DNA from: an archaeon
GTDB lineage: Archaea; Iainarchaeota; Iainarchaeia; Iainarchaeales; 1-14-0-10-31-34
Assembly (NCBI GenBank): GCA_043819075.1
Contig: JBDRFE010000031.1
Location: 1 to 28,896, forward strand
Direction of reading: 5' to 3'
Length of the DNA: 28,896 nucleotides
Both the position numbers and the translations under genes were made by a program. The notes beneath the pieces are model-generated. The model made no database searches and had not been told where the DNA came from. It was given only the letters and a program-made list of their open reading frames with translations. This document shows, piece after piece, positions 27,638 through 28,896 of this stretch (its first letter is position 1; every line of letters begins with the position of its first letter).

Positions 27638-28423
27638 ATGGTTTTAGAAAAGTGGGCCTGCAAGGATGCGACAGGAAAATTTATGGTTTGGGGCATGGAA
27701 TGCGCTTCAACTCAAGAGCATTCAGTTGAAAGCATCAGGACGGGAAAAAATATTAAAATCCCTTCTCAAACAGGTAACGCAGACTATCAAACAAAAGAAC
27801 GCTTTAAGGATCAAAATGAAAGAAATACTACTCCTGCAGAAAGACAGCAGTATCAAGCAGAGTACCGCTCCCAACACCCAAAACAAAATTTAAATAAACC
27901 TAAACTCACTCTTGCAGAGATGATTCAAAAAAGAAGAAATGAGTTAACTGAAATTCACGCTGAAAAAAATTTAAAGGAAACAGAAGAAAATGATTCATGT
28001 CATTTTTGTGATAACCCAATTAATCCTGATGCTTACGCTGAATTAATTGAAAAGAAAACAGGGCAAAAAATCATTTCCTGTGAACAGTGCGCTAAAAAAT
28101 TCATGAATGGAAGAAATGATTTTGAAAGAAATCCTTTTGTTGAGTCAGCACAAGACTTCAATAAAAGACATCCAAAACTAAAACACAGGGTCGCAAAAGA
28201 AATTGCTTCTGCTTCAGAAGAAACACAAAATGATTTATTAAAAAAAGGGTTGAAAGCTTTAATGGAAAAAAAGAACGAAGAGATTGCTTCAAAGTTAGCT
28301 GAAATAACAAAGAAACTTGAATACGAAACAACTCAACAGCCAACTCGCTTTGATAATACTGAAAAGGCTTATTGGCAGAAACAAAAAGAAAAATTGTTTT
28401 CAAATAAAAAGAGGGTCATATGA
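27638..28423 (+). CDS. Hypothetical protein with CxxC...CxxC zinc finger
   Basis: CHFC and CEQC pairs; SD AGGAGTGAT upstream. Confidence 0.7.
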   Translation: MVLEKWACKDATGKFMVWGMECASTQEHSVESIRTGKNIKIPSQTGNADYQTKERFKDQNERNTTPAERQQYQAEYRSQHPKQNLNKPKLTLAEMIQKRRNELTEIHAEKNLKETEENDSCHFCDNPINPDAYAELIEKKTGQKIISCEQCAKKFMNGRNDFERNPFVESAQDFNKRHPKLKHRVAKEIASASEETQNDLLKKGLKALMEKKNEEIASKLAEITKKLEYETTQQPTRFDNTEKAYWQKQKEKLFSNKKRVI

Positions 28424-28596
28424 AGCAAAAGCAAAAAAAAGCGAAAGAGTTCAGTTGCCTTGCAATTCAAATTAATCTAAAAATGGATTACAGTGAATCC
28501 CAAAAAGTCATTAACAGCTTGGGGTTTTTAGGTTTTGATGATTTAGCAAATATTTTACAAGAACAAGCACGAGAGCAACTTAAAACACAAGCGTAA
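28420..28596 (+). CDS. Small hypothetical protein (58 aa; absent from the ORF track)
   Basis: ATGA overlap with the previous stop and GAGGG upstream; MKQKQKKAKEFSCLAIQINLKMDYSESQKVINSLGFLGFDDLANILQEQAREQLKTQA. Confidence 0.65.
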   Translation: MKQKQKKAKEFSCLAIQINLKMDYSESQKVINSLGFLGFDDLANILQEQAREQLKTQA

Positions 28597-28606
28597 GTTT
28601 ACAAAA

Positions 28607-28753
28607 CATCCTCCTGAATTCCGAGTTTTTTCGGAATTCATATACCAAAGAAAGGGGAAGACTACTCCTCTTCCCTTTTTTATATTTATCCGTGCTTTCG
28701 GGTTTTTCACCTCGAAATGTGATTCAGGACAGGGAAGTTTTTCCCTGCTCCTG
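28607..28753 (+). ncRNA. Candidate structured RNA or regulatory tract with four stem-loops
   Basis: Stems at 28615-28640 (perfect 10 bp), 28651-28679 (11 bp with one G-U), 28696-28717 (bulged) and 28725-28753 (12 bp with one bulge); no credible ORF. Confidence 0.45.
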
Positions 28754-28782
28754 TTAATTAAAAAGAAATGGAAGTGGTTGGA

Positions 28783-28896
28783 ATGAAAAGAAAAATAAAA
28801 GTAACTTATTCTTTAGACGGATTTAATAAGTTCGTCAAAGGAACTCTGCTTAACGAAGACGGATTATTTTTAACCGTAAAGTCTAGAGAAGGCAGC
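28783..28896 (+). CDS. Small protein with Sm/Hfq-like N-terminal pattern (3' truncated)
   Basis: MKRKIKVTYSLDGFNKFVKGTLLNEDGLFLTVKSREGS is open to the window edge; V.V....DG....KG.L...D..FL.V resembles the Sm1 motif. Alternative start at 28768. Confidence 0.5.
   Translation, partial: MKRKIKVTYSLDGFNKFVKGTLLNEDGLFLTVKSREGS

Larger units (their letters stand above)
27234..28896 (+). mobile_element. Possible left part of an integrated provirus or plasmid-like element
   Basis: Run of co-oriented orphan, DNA-binding and Zn-finger ORFs. By eye they use more CAA/AGA/CGN codons than the AGG/CAG-rich glycosylation genes. No hallmark gene or att site is visible. Confidence 0.4.

Noticed and set aside
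27666..28403. Alternative-frame ORFs 27666-27893 (+) and 28158-28403 (-)
   Set aside because: They are nested in the SD-led 261-aa ORF with no independent support.
28580..28615. Minus-strand AGGAGG-ATG mini-ORF (MFCKLTLVF)
   Set aside because: No spacing between the SD and ATG, and only 9 codons.
28607..28753. Hairpin tract as a tRNA or CRISPR array
   Set aside because: No cloverleaf or TTCGA T-loop, and the hairpins are not copies of one repeat.

Overview
AT-rich archaeal window. TATA/BRE-like promoters, GGTGA-type Shine-Dalgarno (SD) sites and apparently leaderless first genes are visible; the overall style suggests a DPANN lineage such as Iainarchaeota/Diapherotrites, which is inference only. 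Positions 1-24602 form a cell-surface and glycosylation locus: a large CARDB-repeat surface protein, two polytopic GT-C-like membrane proteins, seven GT4 genes (one split by an A10 frameshift), four GT2 genes, an NAD-dependent epimerase/dehydratase, two SAM methyltransferases, an ABC-2 exporter and a Trm112-family gene missing from the ORF track. A basic orphan gene sits between 10-bp direct repeats and inverted repeats inside a divergent promoter (5251-5912). The locus is followed by a tail-to-tail RHH/PIN pair and CTP synthase (pyrG). From about 27234 the genes look like the edge of an integrated element: RHH-like/coiled-coil, Zn-finger and small ORFs, then a four-hairpin non-coding tract with anti-SD-like motifs directly upstream of a truncated Sm/Hfq-like ORF. 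No rRNA, tRNA, CRISPR array, integrase or transposase was recognised. All family calls come from reading motifs by eye; no searches were run.
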